64,000 bases of DNA from an uncultured Myxococcales bacterium. Lineage in GTDB: Bacteria; Myxococcota_A; UBA9160; UBA4427. The stretch covers positions 75 to 64,074 of the forward strand of contig CBFDDD010000016.1 of the NCBI GenBank assembly GCA_965603475.1. The letters run 5' to 3'. The translations under genes were made by a program, and so were the position numbers. Numbering within the stretch: position 1 is the stretch's first letter; every line of letters begins with the position of its first letter. Below the pieces are notes generated by a model. It had not been told where the DNA came from, did not search any database, and saw nothing but the letters and a program-made list of their open reading frames with translations. Shown piece after piece: positions 1 through 9,181 of this stretch.

Positions 1-2
1 TG

Positions 3-713
3 GCCGCGATTGGCGAGCTCGCGGCGGGCATCGCGCACGAGGTGAATAATCCGATCGCCTTCATCCGCTCCGACTTCAATCTTCTTTCACGGCGACTCGA
101 GGAAATCCGCGACCAGGCGACCAAGACATCGATCCAGGCCAGTGAAATGGCGATCTTCGAACGTGTGGGTCGTCGAATCGAGATCGGTCTCGAAGGCATC
201 GAACGCGTGGCTGAAGTGGTCGGGGACGTGCGTGGCTTTGCTCACGTGGGTGGGGCGGGGCAGGGTGGCAGCGATCCGGCAGTACTCATCGAAGGGGCCA
301 TGCGTCTAGCCAGGCTGCAGCGCGGCAACGATGTCGATTTGCGAGTCAGCGAGAGCGATTGCAGTGAATGGATCGAAACTGGCCAGGAGCTGAAGCAGGT
401 GTTGCTGGCTCTCATCTTGCTTCTGGTCGAGGGCATCGAGAAGGGCGGGGCCGTCGAGGCCACACTCGAGTCCGATGGCGAATCCTTGCGGATCACGCTC
501 GCCGGACAGCGACTCCTGAAAGATGCGAAAACGACGATTCAATATTTCGAAATGCTGGCGGCGGGAGAACGGGGTACCTCCCAATCGGAATTCGGACTCG
601 CGATCGCGAAAGAGTTGATGGATCAAATGGGCGCCTCTTTCAGTTTCGCCGAGATCGGCCCCGATGCACTTTCGATTGCACTTGATCTTCCGCTCGACGC
701 AGGTGCGATCTGA
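3..713 (+). CDS. Sensor histidine kinase, 5'-truncated by window edge; intact H-box but degenerate ATP-binding domain
   Basis: Frame 3 is open from base 3. The translation AAIGELAAGIAHEVNNPIAF is a canonical HisKA H-box, and the stop is TGA 711-713. The C-terminal HATPase_c-like region lacks the N-box Asn (LLLVEGIEKG), lacks DxGxG (ITLAGQRL) and keeps only a remnant G2 (SEFGLAIA). Confidence 0.75.
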   Translation, partial: AAIGELAAGIAHEVNNPIAFIRSDFNLLSRRLEEIRDQATKTSIQASEMAIFERVGRRIEIGLEGIERVAEVVGDVRGFAHVGGAGQGGSDPAVLIEGAMRLARLQRGNDVDLRVSESDCSEWIETGQELKQVLLALILLLVEGIEKGGAVEATLESDGESLRITLAGQRLLKDAKTTIQYFEMLAAGERGTSQSEFGLAIAKELMDQMGASFSFAEIGPDALSIALDLPLDAGAI

Positions 714-2482
714 TGTTCTGGTTGCTTCTCTTGAAACTGACGAGCGCGACTGTTTCCATCGGTCTTGGTGCGGGAATACTTGCCCGAGACCATGGTTTGA
801 AAGCCAACAGGCTGATCGCGGGATTCTTGTTCTGCAATACCTGGTGGGCGACAGGAGAATTCTTCCTCTATCAACAGACCGATCCGGAAGCGGCTGCGAC
901 GATCCTGCGTCTGATGACCATTGGTTGGGTGCCTCTCGGCGTTTTCTGCATGCATGCGTCCGTGACGCTTTCGTCGATGGATGACCATCCGATCACAAGG
1001 ATGCTTCCGACGCTCTACCTGTCGATCGCCTTCATCGTACCCATTGCGATGTTCTCCGATTTCGTCATAGCCGGTGCCGCCGCCGCTGATATTGGCTGGC
1101 GACCGATCTTCAATCCAGGGATGGTCCTGACCTACGGTCTGATGGTGACGCCCGTCGTTGCGATTCTCGCGTGCTGGCGTGGCGTAATGGCACTTCCGGA
1201 GAACGGAGGGCAGCTCCTGCTCGCCCGTATCGTCTTCTTCGGGATCTCGGGTGCCCTGGTTGCGGGCACAATGACCGCAGTCATCCTTCCTTTGTTCGAG
1301 ATCACAGCGGTTGGCCTCACGACGACGCTGCTCGCCCTCGTTGGTGTGGCCGTCGCTCTGACTCTGCGTCGATTCGGACATTCCTTGATATCGCCTCAGG
1401 CCCTGGCACGAGAGATACTCGACACTCTCGAAGATGGTGTCGTGTTAGTCAGTGAGGGAGGCATTCTGCGAGATGCCAATCGCGCATTCCTTCGCATGGT
1501 GGAGGTGCGGGAGCTCTACGCCAGGGGTCGACCGATCACAGATTGGATACCCGAATTTCAGGAGCGTCGTGGATCGGCTGAGATGCCGACGTTCATGGAG
1601 GTCCGAGCGCGAGAGGGAGAGTCGATTCCGGTCGTCGTGTCTGCACCCGTAGCCCTTCACCGGGCGGGTGGACTCGTCGGACAGGCATTCCTTGTACGCG
1701 ACAGACGAGAGATCGTTTCGCTCCAGCGTCGTCTGGCCGTTTCAGCGCGGCTGGCGGCGGTCGGCGATCTTTCCAAATCGATCTCTCGCTCGATCAACGA
1801 CCCGGTCGCTCGTACCCACAAAGAACTCGAAGGGCTGGCATCGGACTGGCGTGCGATCGAGCAGATACTCGAGCTTGCCGAACTAGACGGTCCCTGCGGC
1901 GAAGCCGTCGAGGAAGGATTTGAACTCATCGAAGAATGTGTCGAGGGGGTGGACCGGATCTTCTCGATCGTGCATGACATAATTGGCTTCTCCTCGGAAT
2001 GCCCGCGCGAGAGCTTTGCACAGCACCCACTTGGTCAGATCGTGTCACGCGGGCTTCGCGTCGCAAAGGTTCAAGCTCCCGCCTGGCTCGACATCGAAGA
2101 ACGTCTCGATCCCGACGTCTGGATCGACTGCAACTCCTCTGAGATCGAACGCGTCGTCACGAATCTCGTGGTGAATGCGATTCAGGCGCTCGAGGAATCC
2201 TCCCGAGAGAATGCGCATCTGGTCATCGCGGTCGCGGCCAAGGGCGGGCGCGCGATGCTTCACGTCGAGGACGACGGCTGTGGGATCGAACCCGAAGTTC
2301 TCGATCGGGTCTTCGATCCATTCTTTACGACAAAGCCGGTGGGGAAGGGTACGGGTCTCGGGTTGGCGATCTCGTACCACATCGTGAAGGACCACGGCGG
2401 GGATATTCGAGTCTCCTCGATTCGGGGTCGCGGTACGAGCGTGACCGTTGAGCTGCCGCGAGTCATGAGCAGCGGAGACTGA
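713..2482 (+). CDS. Membrane sensor kinase-like protein: N-terminal multi-TM (7TM-type) domain, PAS-like region, His-less DHp, intact HATPase_c
   Basis: ATG 713 overlaps the upstream stop (TGATG). The N-terminal ~215 aa form a run of hydrophobic helices. The DHp segment AAVGDLSKSISRSINDPVA aligns to the neighbour's AAIGELAAGIAHEVNNPIA with Arg in place of the phospho-His. The N-box NLVVNAIQAL, G1 VEDDGCGIE, F-box FDPFFTTK and G2 GTGLGLAIS are all intact. Confidence 0.8.
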   Translation: MFWLLLLKLTSATVSIGLGAGILARDHGLKANRLIAGFLFCNTWWATGEFFLYQQTDPEAAATILRLMTIGWVPLGVFCMHASVTLSSMDDHPITRMLPTLYLSIAFIVPIAMFSDFVIAGAAAADIGWRPIFNPGMVLTYGLMVTPVVAILACWRGVMALPENGGQLLLARIVFFGISGALVAGTMTAVILPLFEITAVGLTTTLLALVGVAVALTLRRFGHSLISPQALAREILDTLEDGVVLVSEGGILRDANRAFLRMVEVRELYARGRPITDWIPEFQERRGSAEMPTFMEVRAREGESIPVVVSAPVALHRAGGLVGQAFLVRDRREIVSLQRRLAVSARLAAVGDLSKSISRSINDPVARTHKELEGLASDWRAIEQILELAELDGPCGEAVEEGFELIEECVEGVDRIFSIVHDIIGFSSECPRESFAQHPLGQIVSRGLRVAKVQAPAWLDIEERLDPDVWIDCNSSEIERVVTNLVVNAIQALEESSRENAHLVIAVAAKGGRAMLHVEDDGCGIEPEVLDRVFDPFFTTKPVGKGTGLGLAISYHIVKDHGGDIRVSSIRGRGTSVTVELPRVMSSGD

Positions 2483-2553
2483 GCTGGCTCAAGTCTGCCC
2501 CTTCGACGACCGATTTCAGGGATTGCGCTGATTTTCGAACGGGGGGGGTACTC

Positions 2554-3168
2554 ATGGAATCGATTCATTTAGGCGGCCTTCTCGTGGCGCCGATCGCCCA
2601 GCGCATTCGCAAGTGGAATCTCGACGGGAAGATCAGTGAGGACGACCTCGAATATGCGCTGACGACCGATGCCCGCGCACTCGTCGATCACTCGATGGGT
2701 TTTGTGGACTGGGCGCCGCTCGAGGACGTAGAAGCGCTCGTCGGTCTGGTCGCAGAGCAGATCGGGGGCGAGACGGGCCTCGCCGAATGGGCGCAGGATC
2801 TGGTTGAATGCTGGCAGAGCGAGGCGCCGATCAGCGATCTTATTCGCGGAGGGCGATCGTTGACGGATACCCGCGGTTTCGTCGTGAGTCAGGCGAGCGA
2901 ATTATTGGTGCGCGACGCGGACTGGGTCTACGACGGCGGTCGATCAGAGTTCAGTGTGCGCCTGCGCGGTCTGGGTCATGCGACTCCGGCGCTGAAGGTG
3001 TTGCTCGGCGCGATTCTCGCCCGACTCGCGATGGCACCAGGCGGTCGGGAGTTCGACGTGCGCTTCGACGGAATCGACGACGACGATCTTGTCGTGTTTG
3101 GCGAAGCGCTAGCCTTCGACGACCCCAATGAAGAGAGTCGGCTACATCAGGCAGCATTGATCGCCTAG
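2554..3168 (+). CDS. Hypothetical protein (about 200 aa, acidic; loosely resembles small myxobacterial-type paralogous families, unverified)
   Basis: Clean 204-aa ORF with a G-rich SD-like run just upstream of the ATG. Codon usage matches the neighbours. No motif recognised. Confidence 0.5.
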   Translation: MESIHLGGLLVAPIAQRIRKWNLDGKISEDDLEYALTTDARALVDHSMGFVDWAPLEDVEALVGLVAEQIGGETGLAEWAQDLVECWQSEAPISDLIRGGRSLTDTRGFVVSQASELLVRDADWVYDGGRSEFSVRLRGLGHATPALKVLLGAILARLAMAPGGREFDVRFDGIDDDDLVVFGEALAFDDPNEESRLHQAALIA

Positions 3169-3214
3169 TCGATCGATCAGTGTCCGGCGTGCAAGGCGCC
3201 CTCGAACCGACGGT

Positions 3215-5755
3215 CTATCCGCGTACGCCGATCATTCGAAGCATAGGACCTGCCGGCATTCGCGGTTCTTCCAGGACGACCTCCGCTTCGATCTGGAATT
3301 CACCTTCGCCCTCGAGGTTGAGCAGGGTTTGGACGACGTCGAAGGCGAGTTCGCTTCGCCCGTCGATCTGCGTCCAATGGCCACGACGCGCATCAGGATC
3401 GTGGCGCACTTCACCCTGCACATCGAAGAGCGATGCAAACTCCGATTCGAAACGAGCGGGATCCCAGTCGTCATTTGCGACGCAGGTCGTGGCAGCCTCG
3501 AAGTCGCGTTTCGATAGTGCTTGCATCAACTGATGCATCTCGGCTCGGATGCGAGCGTTGAAACTCTTCTGGTCCAGCCGTCGCGGTGCCCGATCCGGGA
3601 TGGGTACATCAGGGCGGGCGGGTCGCTCCTCGGGATTGACCAGATTCTCCCATTCTTCGACGAGGCTGGAATCGACCCGCGCGAGCATTGCACGGAAGAA
3701 CGCGATGATCTCGAGCACTTCATCGTTGCGAGCCGTTTCAGGAAGATTTCGAGACAGTGTCGAATGGATTTGACTGAGATATCGCAGCAGCACACCCTCC
3801 ATGCGCGAGACCTGATAGCGACGCACGTAGTCTTCGAAGGAGAGAAAGCCCTCCCAGATCTCACGAGCGATTGATTTGGGTCGGATTGAATCGTTTCCAG
3901 CCCAGGGATGATGCTCTGCAAAGATGTTGAACGTCGAATAGAGAAACTCGGCGTTCGGCTTGTCCCAGGTCACGCTCTCGAGCTTCGCCATGCGCTCCTC
4001 GTACGGAACACGTTCAGCCTTCAGTTCGGCAATCAGCTCGGATTTTCGTTGCTGAACCTGTGCATGGAGAAGCGCTCGCGGGTTTTCGAGGATCGCCTCG
4101 ACGACGGAGAGAACGTCGAGGGCATAATCCGTTGCCGCAGGATCGAGCGCGGCAACCGCGTCGACCAAGAAGAGCGATAGGGTGTGATGCAGGCCGAAAT
4201 CGCGTTGAAGATCAGCGTTAACACGAGCAACAGGACAGGTCGAGCCCTCCGGCCGTTCGATATGCACGATTCCCCCGACGCGAAGCGAGCGAAAGAGAAC
4301 GGCGGCTTCGCGGCGAAGTCTTTTCTTTCGGGTCTCTGATTCAAAACTCTGATTCGTGAGTTCTATCAGTTCGCGATAGCCGGAGCCGGGGAGCGATTGG
4401 TCTTCTCCGCGCTGGAGCAGGGCAACGATCGCGGCGTGGCTCAGGGAGAATTGCGAACGAAGGGTCTCCGGGGGTTGATGGGTGAGCTGTTCGAAAGTCT
4501 CGGCGGACCAGCTGACAAAACCGCGCGGCGGGGGTTTTTTCTTCTTTTCTTTTTTCCGTCCAGTTGTTGCGGCTCGAGCAGCGGCACGGAGGTTGTCGAT
4601 GACATGCTCGGGTGCCTGGCAGACGACGCTCCCGGCCACGTCGAAGCCGCGACGGCCTGCACGACCGGCAATCTGTTTGAAGTTTCGGACGGACAGGATC
4701 CCGACCTTCTCCCCGTCGAACTTCGAGAGTTTCGTGAAGAGCACTGTTCGGATCGGAATATTCACGCCGACGCCGAGTGTGTCGGTCCCGCAGATGACCT
4801 TGAGGAGACCTCGTTGCGCGAGCTGCTCGACGAGCAAGCGATATTTCGGAAGGATGCCGGCGTGGTGAAGCCCGATACCGAATTTCAGAAAGCGTTGAAT
4901 GTCCTTGCCGTAGGGCGAGTCGAAACGAAAGTCGCCGATGGCATCGGCAATGGCTCGCTTTTCCAGTTTGTCGGTGATCTGTCCGCTGGTAAGGCCTTGT
5001 GCTTGTTCGGCGGCGTCACGCTGTGTGAAATGGACCATGTAGATGGGCGCATGTCCGGAAGCGAGCAAAGATTCGACCGTCTCGATGGTTGGTGTCTCTC
5101 GATAGCTGTAGTCGAGGGGGACCGGGCGTTCGTCGCTGTGGATATGGGCGACCTCGCGTCCGGTTCGGTCCCGAATACTTTTTTCGATAGCCGCGGTATT
5201 CCCGAGCGTTGCCGACATCAGCAGGAAACGACTCTTCTGAAGAACGAGTAGTGGGACCTGCCACGCCCAGCCGCGGTCGCGATCCGCGAAATAGTGGAAC
5301 TCATCCATGATGACGTAGGGCGCATCCGTCTCGAGGCCCTGTCGGAGCGCCATGTTCGCAAGGATTTCGGCTGTGCAGCAGATGATCGGTGCGGCCCAGT
5401 TGATGGCAGCGTCGCCCGTGAGCATCCCGACGTTCTCCGGGCCGAACTCATTGCAGAGTGCGAAGAATTTCTCGCTCGTCAGTGCCTTGATCGGCGCCGT
5501 GTAGAAAGATCTTTTGCCTTCGCAGAGTGCCTTGAAGTGGAGTCCGAGCGCGACGAGTGATTTGCCCGAGCCCGTCGGGGTGTTGAGCACGACGTGGCGG
5601 TTCGTCATCAGTTCGAGCAGCGCTTCTTCCTGGGCCTCATACAGGGAAAGATCCGCATCGCCACACCAGCGGGTAAAACGATCGAGGATCGTGTCCGGAT
5701 CAGAGAGTCCACCCTCTGGAACCCAATCGATCAATCTTCGATGTTCTTGCTTCAT
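3215..5755 (-). CDS. Superfamily-2 DEAD/DEAH-box helicase (Ski2-like, long C-terminal DUF3516-type extension)
   Basis: Walker A LNTPTGSGKSLVA, motif II IMDEFHY, motif III MSATLGN and motif VI QIAGRAGRRG. A ~400-aa helical C-terminal region follows. Confidence 0.85.
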   Translation of the reverse strand: MKQEHRRLIDWVPEGGLSDPDTILDRFTRWCGDADLSLYEAQEEALLELMTNRHVVLNTPTGSGKSLVALGLHFKALCEGKRSFYTAPIKALTSEKFFALCNEFGPENVGMLTGDAAINWAAPIICCTAEILANMALRQGLETDAPYVIMDEFHYFADRDRGWAWQVPLLVLQKSRFLLMSATLGNTAAIEKSIRDRTGREVAHIHSDERPVPLDYSYRETPTIETVESLLASGHAPIYMVHFTQRDAAEQAQGLTSGQITDKLEKRAIADAIGDFRFDSPYGKDIQRFLKFGIGLHHAGILPKYRLLVEQLAQRGLLKVICGTDTLGVGVNIPIRTVLFTKLSKFDGEKVGILSVRNFKQIAGRAGRRGFDVAGSVVCQAPEHVIDNLRAAARAATTGRKKEKKKKPPPRGFVSWSAETFEQLTHQPPETLRSQFSLSHAAIVALLQRGEDQSLPGSGYRELIELTNQSFESETRKKRLRREAAVLFRSLRVGGIVHIERPEGSTCPVARVNADLQRDFGLHHTLSLFLVDAVAALDPAATDYALDVLSVVEAILENPRALLHAQVQQRKSELIAELKAERVPYEERMAKLESVTWDKPNAEFLYSTFNIFAEHHPWAGNDSIRPKSIAREIWEGFLSFEDYVRRYQVSRMEGVLLRYLSQIHSTLSRNLPETARNDEVLEIIAFFRAMLARVDSSLVEEWENLVNPEERPARPDVPIPDRAPRRLDQKSFNARIRAEMHQLMQALSKRDFEAATTCVANDDWDPARFESEFASLFDVQGEVRHDPDARRGHWTQIDGRSELAFDVVQTLLNLEGEGEFQIEAEVVLEEPRMPAGPMLRMIGVRG

Positions 5756-5876
5756 CGGGCTCGTACTCTCTGATCGGTTGCTCGATCGATCTCTGGATCG
5801 GTCAGATGGAGCGTCGGCACGAGAACCTCGGGTTGAGAGTTGAGTAACGGATGGAGGTTGTCACAAGCTGACCGAG

Positions 5877-6665
5877 ATGAGCCGCTTCGGGCGCCGACGG
5901 GTCGGCCTTGGGTATGCTGCCTCGTTCGAGGCGAGCCGACCATGGGTTCGCGGAGGAAGTCGAGTGAAGCGAGCGGAAAAGGCGGAGCGCATCCTTCGAA
6001 TTCTCGACGACCTCTATCGCGAACCCCCGATTCCGCTCGACCACGAGGATCCCTTCACGCTACTCGTCGCCGTAGCGCTCTCGGCGCAGACCACCGACCA
6101 AAGGGTCAACCAGGTTACGCCCGGACTCTTTGCGATGGCCCGAACGCCTGCCAAAATGGCAAAATGCTCGGTTTCGCAGATTCTCGAGCAGATTCGATCC
6201 TGTGGGCTCGCGCCGGGCAAGGCGAAGAATATCAAGGCGCTCTCCGAGATTCTCGTGCGCGAACATGGCGGGATCGTTCCCGCTGACATGGAAGCGCTCG
6301 AAGCGCTGCCGGGCGTCGGCCACAAGACCGCGAGTGTCGTACTCATCCAGGCCTTCGGCGTTCCCGCCTTTCCGGTCGACACACATATCCATCGGCTTGC
6401 GGCGCGTTGGGGGCTTTCGGACGGGAAGAGCGTCGAGAAGACCGAGCGAGATCTGAAGGCGATCTTCGCGCGCGATGATTGGGCTCGTCTGCACTTGTCG
6501 ATGATCTATTTCGGTCGCGAGTACTGCCCGGCACGGGGTCATGATCTGTCGACCTGTCCGATCTGCGGTTGGGCCGCCACGAAAAAGCGCATCGCCGAGG
6601 AAATGCGCTCGGGCGGTGGTGGGCCGGTTTCGCGCAAGGCGGTTGCCCGAAGGAAGCGGCCGTAG
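5877..6665 (+). CDS. nth: Endonuclease III (bifunctional DNA glycosylase/AP lyase); start uncertain
   Basis: HhH-GPD motifs LLVAVALSAQTTDQRVN, LPGVGHKTASVVL (catalytic Lys) and VDTHIHRLAARWGL (catalytic Asp). The C-terminal cluster is CPARGHDLSTCPIC. The first ~30 aa of the ORF are basic and non-conserved-looking, so the true start may lie downstream. Confidence 0.85.
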   Translation: MSRFGRRRVGLGYAASFEASRPWVRGGSRVKRAEKAERILRILDDLYREPPIPLDHEDPFTLLVAVALSAQTTDQRVNQVTPGLFAMARTPAKMAKCSVSQILEQIRSCGLAPGKAKNIKALSEILVREHGGIVPADMEALEALPGVGHKTASVVLIQAFGVPAFPVDTHIHRLAARWGLSDGKSVEKTERDLKAIFARDDWARLHLSMIYFGREYCPARGHDLSTCPICGWAATKKRIAEEMRSGGGGPVSRKAVARRKRP

Positions 6666-6741
6666 CCGACGTCGCCCGCGTCGCCAATGTCGCCAACGTC
6701 ACCAACGTCACCAACGTCACCAACGTCACCAACGTCACCAA
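6666..6741. repeat. Intergenic 9-bp tandem array, about 8.5 units (GCCRMYGTC to ACCAACGTC)
   Basis: gccgacgtc gcccgcgtc gccaatgtc gccaacgtc, then (accaacgtc)x4. The array begins directly after the nth TAG stop and ends 12 nt before the stop of the convergent COG0523 gene. Confidence 0.9.
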
Positions 6742-6752
6742 GGACGGTCGAG

Positions 6753-7664
6753 TCAGGCGCGTCGGATGAGCACGATGCGTCCGAGTAACTCTGTCGGAGG
6801 TTGCTCGGACGGTTCCGTGATCTCGACACGACGACCCACGACCTGAACGAGGCGCGTTCCCTCGTTGGTCGTGACGAAACCCTTCGCCCGCAGAAGTCCT
6901 TCGCTCGTGAGCCTGGCTTCTATCTCCGCGCAGGAAATCCCGTCCTCAGGGTTCCACTCGCTCGTTTCGAAATGCTCATGGTGATGCGGTCGAGCTTCGG
7001 GGGCCGGGCCGCGCCGTTCGAGTTCGGATGCATCGGGTGGGAAGAGTAGGGCCAGATCGATCTCGCCGCGTACGGCGTGGACGACGGGTGCCTCGGGTTC
7101 GATCTCACGAAGGCGCGCCTCGATCGTCGGCCATTCGGCTTCCGGCACGAGGTCGATTTTGTTCAAGATCAACAAATCCGCAGATTGGACTTGATCGGTA
7201 AAGGTGCCTTCGAGGTCGCGGCCCTCGAGCAGCTGTTCTGCGTTGACGACCACGACCGCCATGTCATCTCCGATGAAATCACACGCCGGCTCTCGCCAGA
7301 AATTCAGCTGGGTATCGTAGGGCAGGGCAACGCCGGAGGTCTCGATCACAAATCGGTCCGGATCGACCTCACGATGCAGGTCGACCAGCGTTTCCAGTAG
7401 ATCATCGCTGAGTTCGCAGCAGACACAGCCGCCTTCGAGTTCGACGTAGGTCTCGCCACCCTGACCGAGCAGCGCGCGGTCGATGCCAAGCTCGCCGAGT
7501 TCATTCGAGATCAGTGCGATGCGAATTCCGTGCTCTTTCGCATCTTCGAGTAGCCGCTGAACGAGCGTTGTCTTGCCCGAGCCCAGAAAACCCGAGAGAA
7601 CGAGCGCTGGGACTCGCCGCTCGCGGGCATACGGGAGGTTCTCGTTGGCTTCGTTCTCGTCCAT
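6753..7664 (-). CDS. CobW/COG0523-family metal-chaperone GTPase
   Basis: P-loop LSGFLGSGKTTLV, metal motif GCVCCEL and a His-rich stretch RPHHHEHFE. The ORF-track start at 7808 is TTG with no SD. ATG 7664 (MDENEAN) has GAGAGGG 5 nt upstream, and ATG 7685 is an alternative. Confidence 0.8.
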   Translation of the reverse strand: MDENEANENLPYARERRVPALVLSGFLGSGKTTLVQRLLEDAKEHGIRIALISNELGELGIDRALLGQGGETYVELEGGCVCCELSDDLLETLVDLHREVDPDRFVIETSGVALPYDTQLNFWREPACDFIGDDMAVVVVNAEQLLEGRDLEGTFTDQVQSADLLILNKIDLVPEAEWPTIEARLREIEPEAPVVHAVRGEIDLALLFPPDASELERRGPAPEARPHHHEHFETSEWNPEDGISCAEIEARLTSEGLLRAKGFVTTNEGTRLVQVVGRRVEITEPSEQPPTELLGRIVLIRRA

Positions 7665-7821
7665 CGGGGCCCTCTCGAGCTTCATCAGCACAATCCGGTC
7701 AGAAAGAAAGGAGATAGCACCTCCCACCTCATTCGGAACTCGAGCCCCGGCAATGCTTTGAGGCATCGAAGCGAGGCGAGCTATCGTCAGCTCAGGCCAA
7801 AGGCGCAAACGGGAGGCTATT

Positions 7822-9180
7822 GTGGCGGATCGAGAGTTTGATCTCTTTGTGATTGGGGCGGGTTCGGGAGGCGTGCGTGCTGCTCGTTTCTCGGCTGCGC
7901 GCGGTGCGCGGGTTGCCGTGGCTGAGGATCGCTACCTCGGCGGAACCTGCGTCAACGTGGGTTGTGTGCCGAAGAAGCTTTTCGTCTATGCCTCACACTT
8001 TCGCGACGAGATGGAAGACGCCACTTCGGGTTTCGGCTGGAGCCTGGGTTCGTCGAGCTTCGACTGGCCGACGCTTCGGGACAACAAGACCCGCGAGATC
8101 GAGCGGCTGAACCGATTCCACGAAGAGTTGCTCCGTGACGCCGGCGTTCAACACGTCGAGGGGCGCGCGACGATCATCGATCCGCATACTGTCGAGGTCG
8201 AAGGCAAACGCTACAGCGCGGAGAATATTCTCGTCGCCACGGGCGGCTGGCCGACGGTGCCCGAAATTCCGGGTGCAGAGTTGGCCGTGACGTCGAACGA
8301 GATGTTCTATCTCGACGAACTGCCACGCAAGGCCATCATCGTGGGCGGGGGCTATATCGCCGTCGAGTTTGCCTGCATATTTCACGGTCTCGGAGTCGAC
8401 GTCACTGAACTCTACCGCGGCCCTCTCTTTCTACGTGGGTTCGATGGTGACGTCCGAGAACATCTGGCGGAACAGATCCGCGGGCGTGGAATCGACCTGC
8501 GCTTCGACACGAACGTGACCGCCATCGAGAAGACCGACTCGGGGATTCGGGCGACGCTGACCGACGGTTCGAAGCTCGATGGCGATCTCATCCTCTTTGC
8601 GACGGGTCGCCACCCGAATACCGCCGACCTCGGTCTTGAGGAGGTCGGCGTCGAGTTTGGAAAGGCCGGTGCGATCGCAGTCGATGAGTATTCCCGTACG
8701 AACGTGCCGAGTATCTGGGCGATTGGGGACGTGACGAACCGGATCAATCTGACGCCCGTCGCGCTCCACGAAGGCGTCTGTCTTTCGGAGACACTTTTCA
8801 ACGACAACCCGCGCTCTCCCGATCACGAGTTCGTGCCGGCGGCCGTGTTTTCCCAACCTCCAGTAGGGACGGTCGGGCTGACCGAGGAGGAAGCCGCTGA
8901 GAAATTCGAGGCGATCGATGTCTACCGATCGTCGTTTCGAGCTCTCAAACATACGCTCACGGACGGGAAGGAACGGACGATGATGAAGCTGATCGTCGAT
9001 CGCGTGAGCGATCGTGTCGTCGGGCTGCACATGGTCGGGCCCGAGGCGGGCGAAATAATCCAGGGATTCGCAGTGGCGATCAAGGCCGGGGCAACCAAGG
9101 CCGATTTCGACGCCACGATCGGAGTCCATCCGACCTCTGCGGAAGAGTTCGTTACGATGAGGACGCCGGTCGGCGGCTGA
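7822..9180 (+). CDS. gor: Glutathione-disulfide reductase
   Basis: FAD motif DLFVIGAGSGGVRAA, redox disulfide GGTCVNVGCVPKK and C-terminal HPTSAEEF. GGGAGG lies 6 nt upstream of GTG 7822. Confidence 0.85.
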   Translation: MADREFDLFVIGAGSGGVRAARFSAARGARVAVAEDRYLGGTCVNVGCVPKKLFVYASHFRDEMEDATSGFGWSLGSSSFDWPTLRDNKTREIERLNRFHEELLRDAGVQHVEGRATIIDPHTVEVEGKRYSAENILVATGGWPTVPEIPGAELAVTSNEMFYLDELPRKAIIVGGGYIAVEFACIFHGLGVDVTELYRGPLFLRGFDGDVREHLAEQIRGRGIDLRFDTNVTAIEKTDSGIRATLTDGSKLDGDLILFATGRHPNTADLGLEEVGVEFGKAGAIAVDEYSRTNVPSIWAIGDVTNRINLTPVALHEGVCLSETLFNDNPRSPDHEFVPAAVFSQPPVGTVGLTEEEAAEKFEAIDVYRSSFRALKHTLTDGKERTMMKLIVDRVSDRVVGLHMVGPEAGEIIQGFAVAIKAGATKADFDATIGVHPTSAEEFVTMRTPVGG

Positions 9181-9181
9181 G

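Noticed and set aside
6666-6741. CRISPR array (also considered for the other tandem arrays)
   Set aside because: The units are 6-36 bp and directly abutting, with no unique spacers. No cas genes occur in the window.
7665-7821. Zur box in the divergent COG0523-gor promoter region
   Set aside because: COG0523 genes are often Zur-regulated, but no AT-rich palindrome resembling a Zur/Fur box is present.
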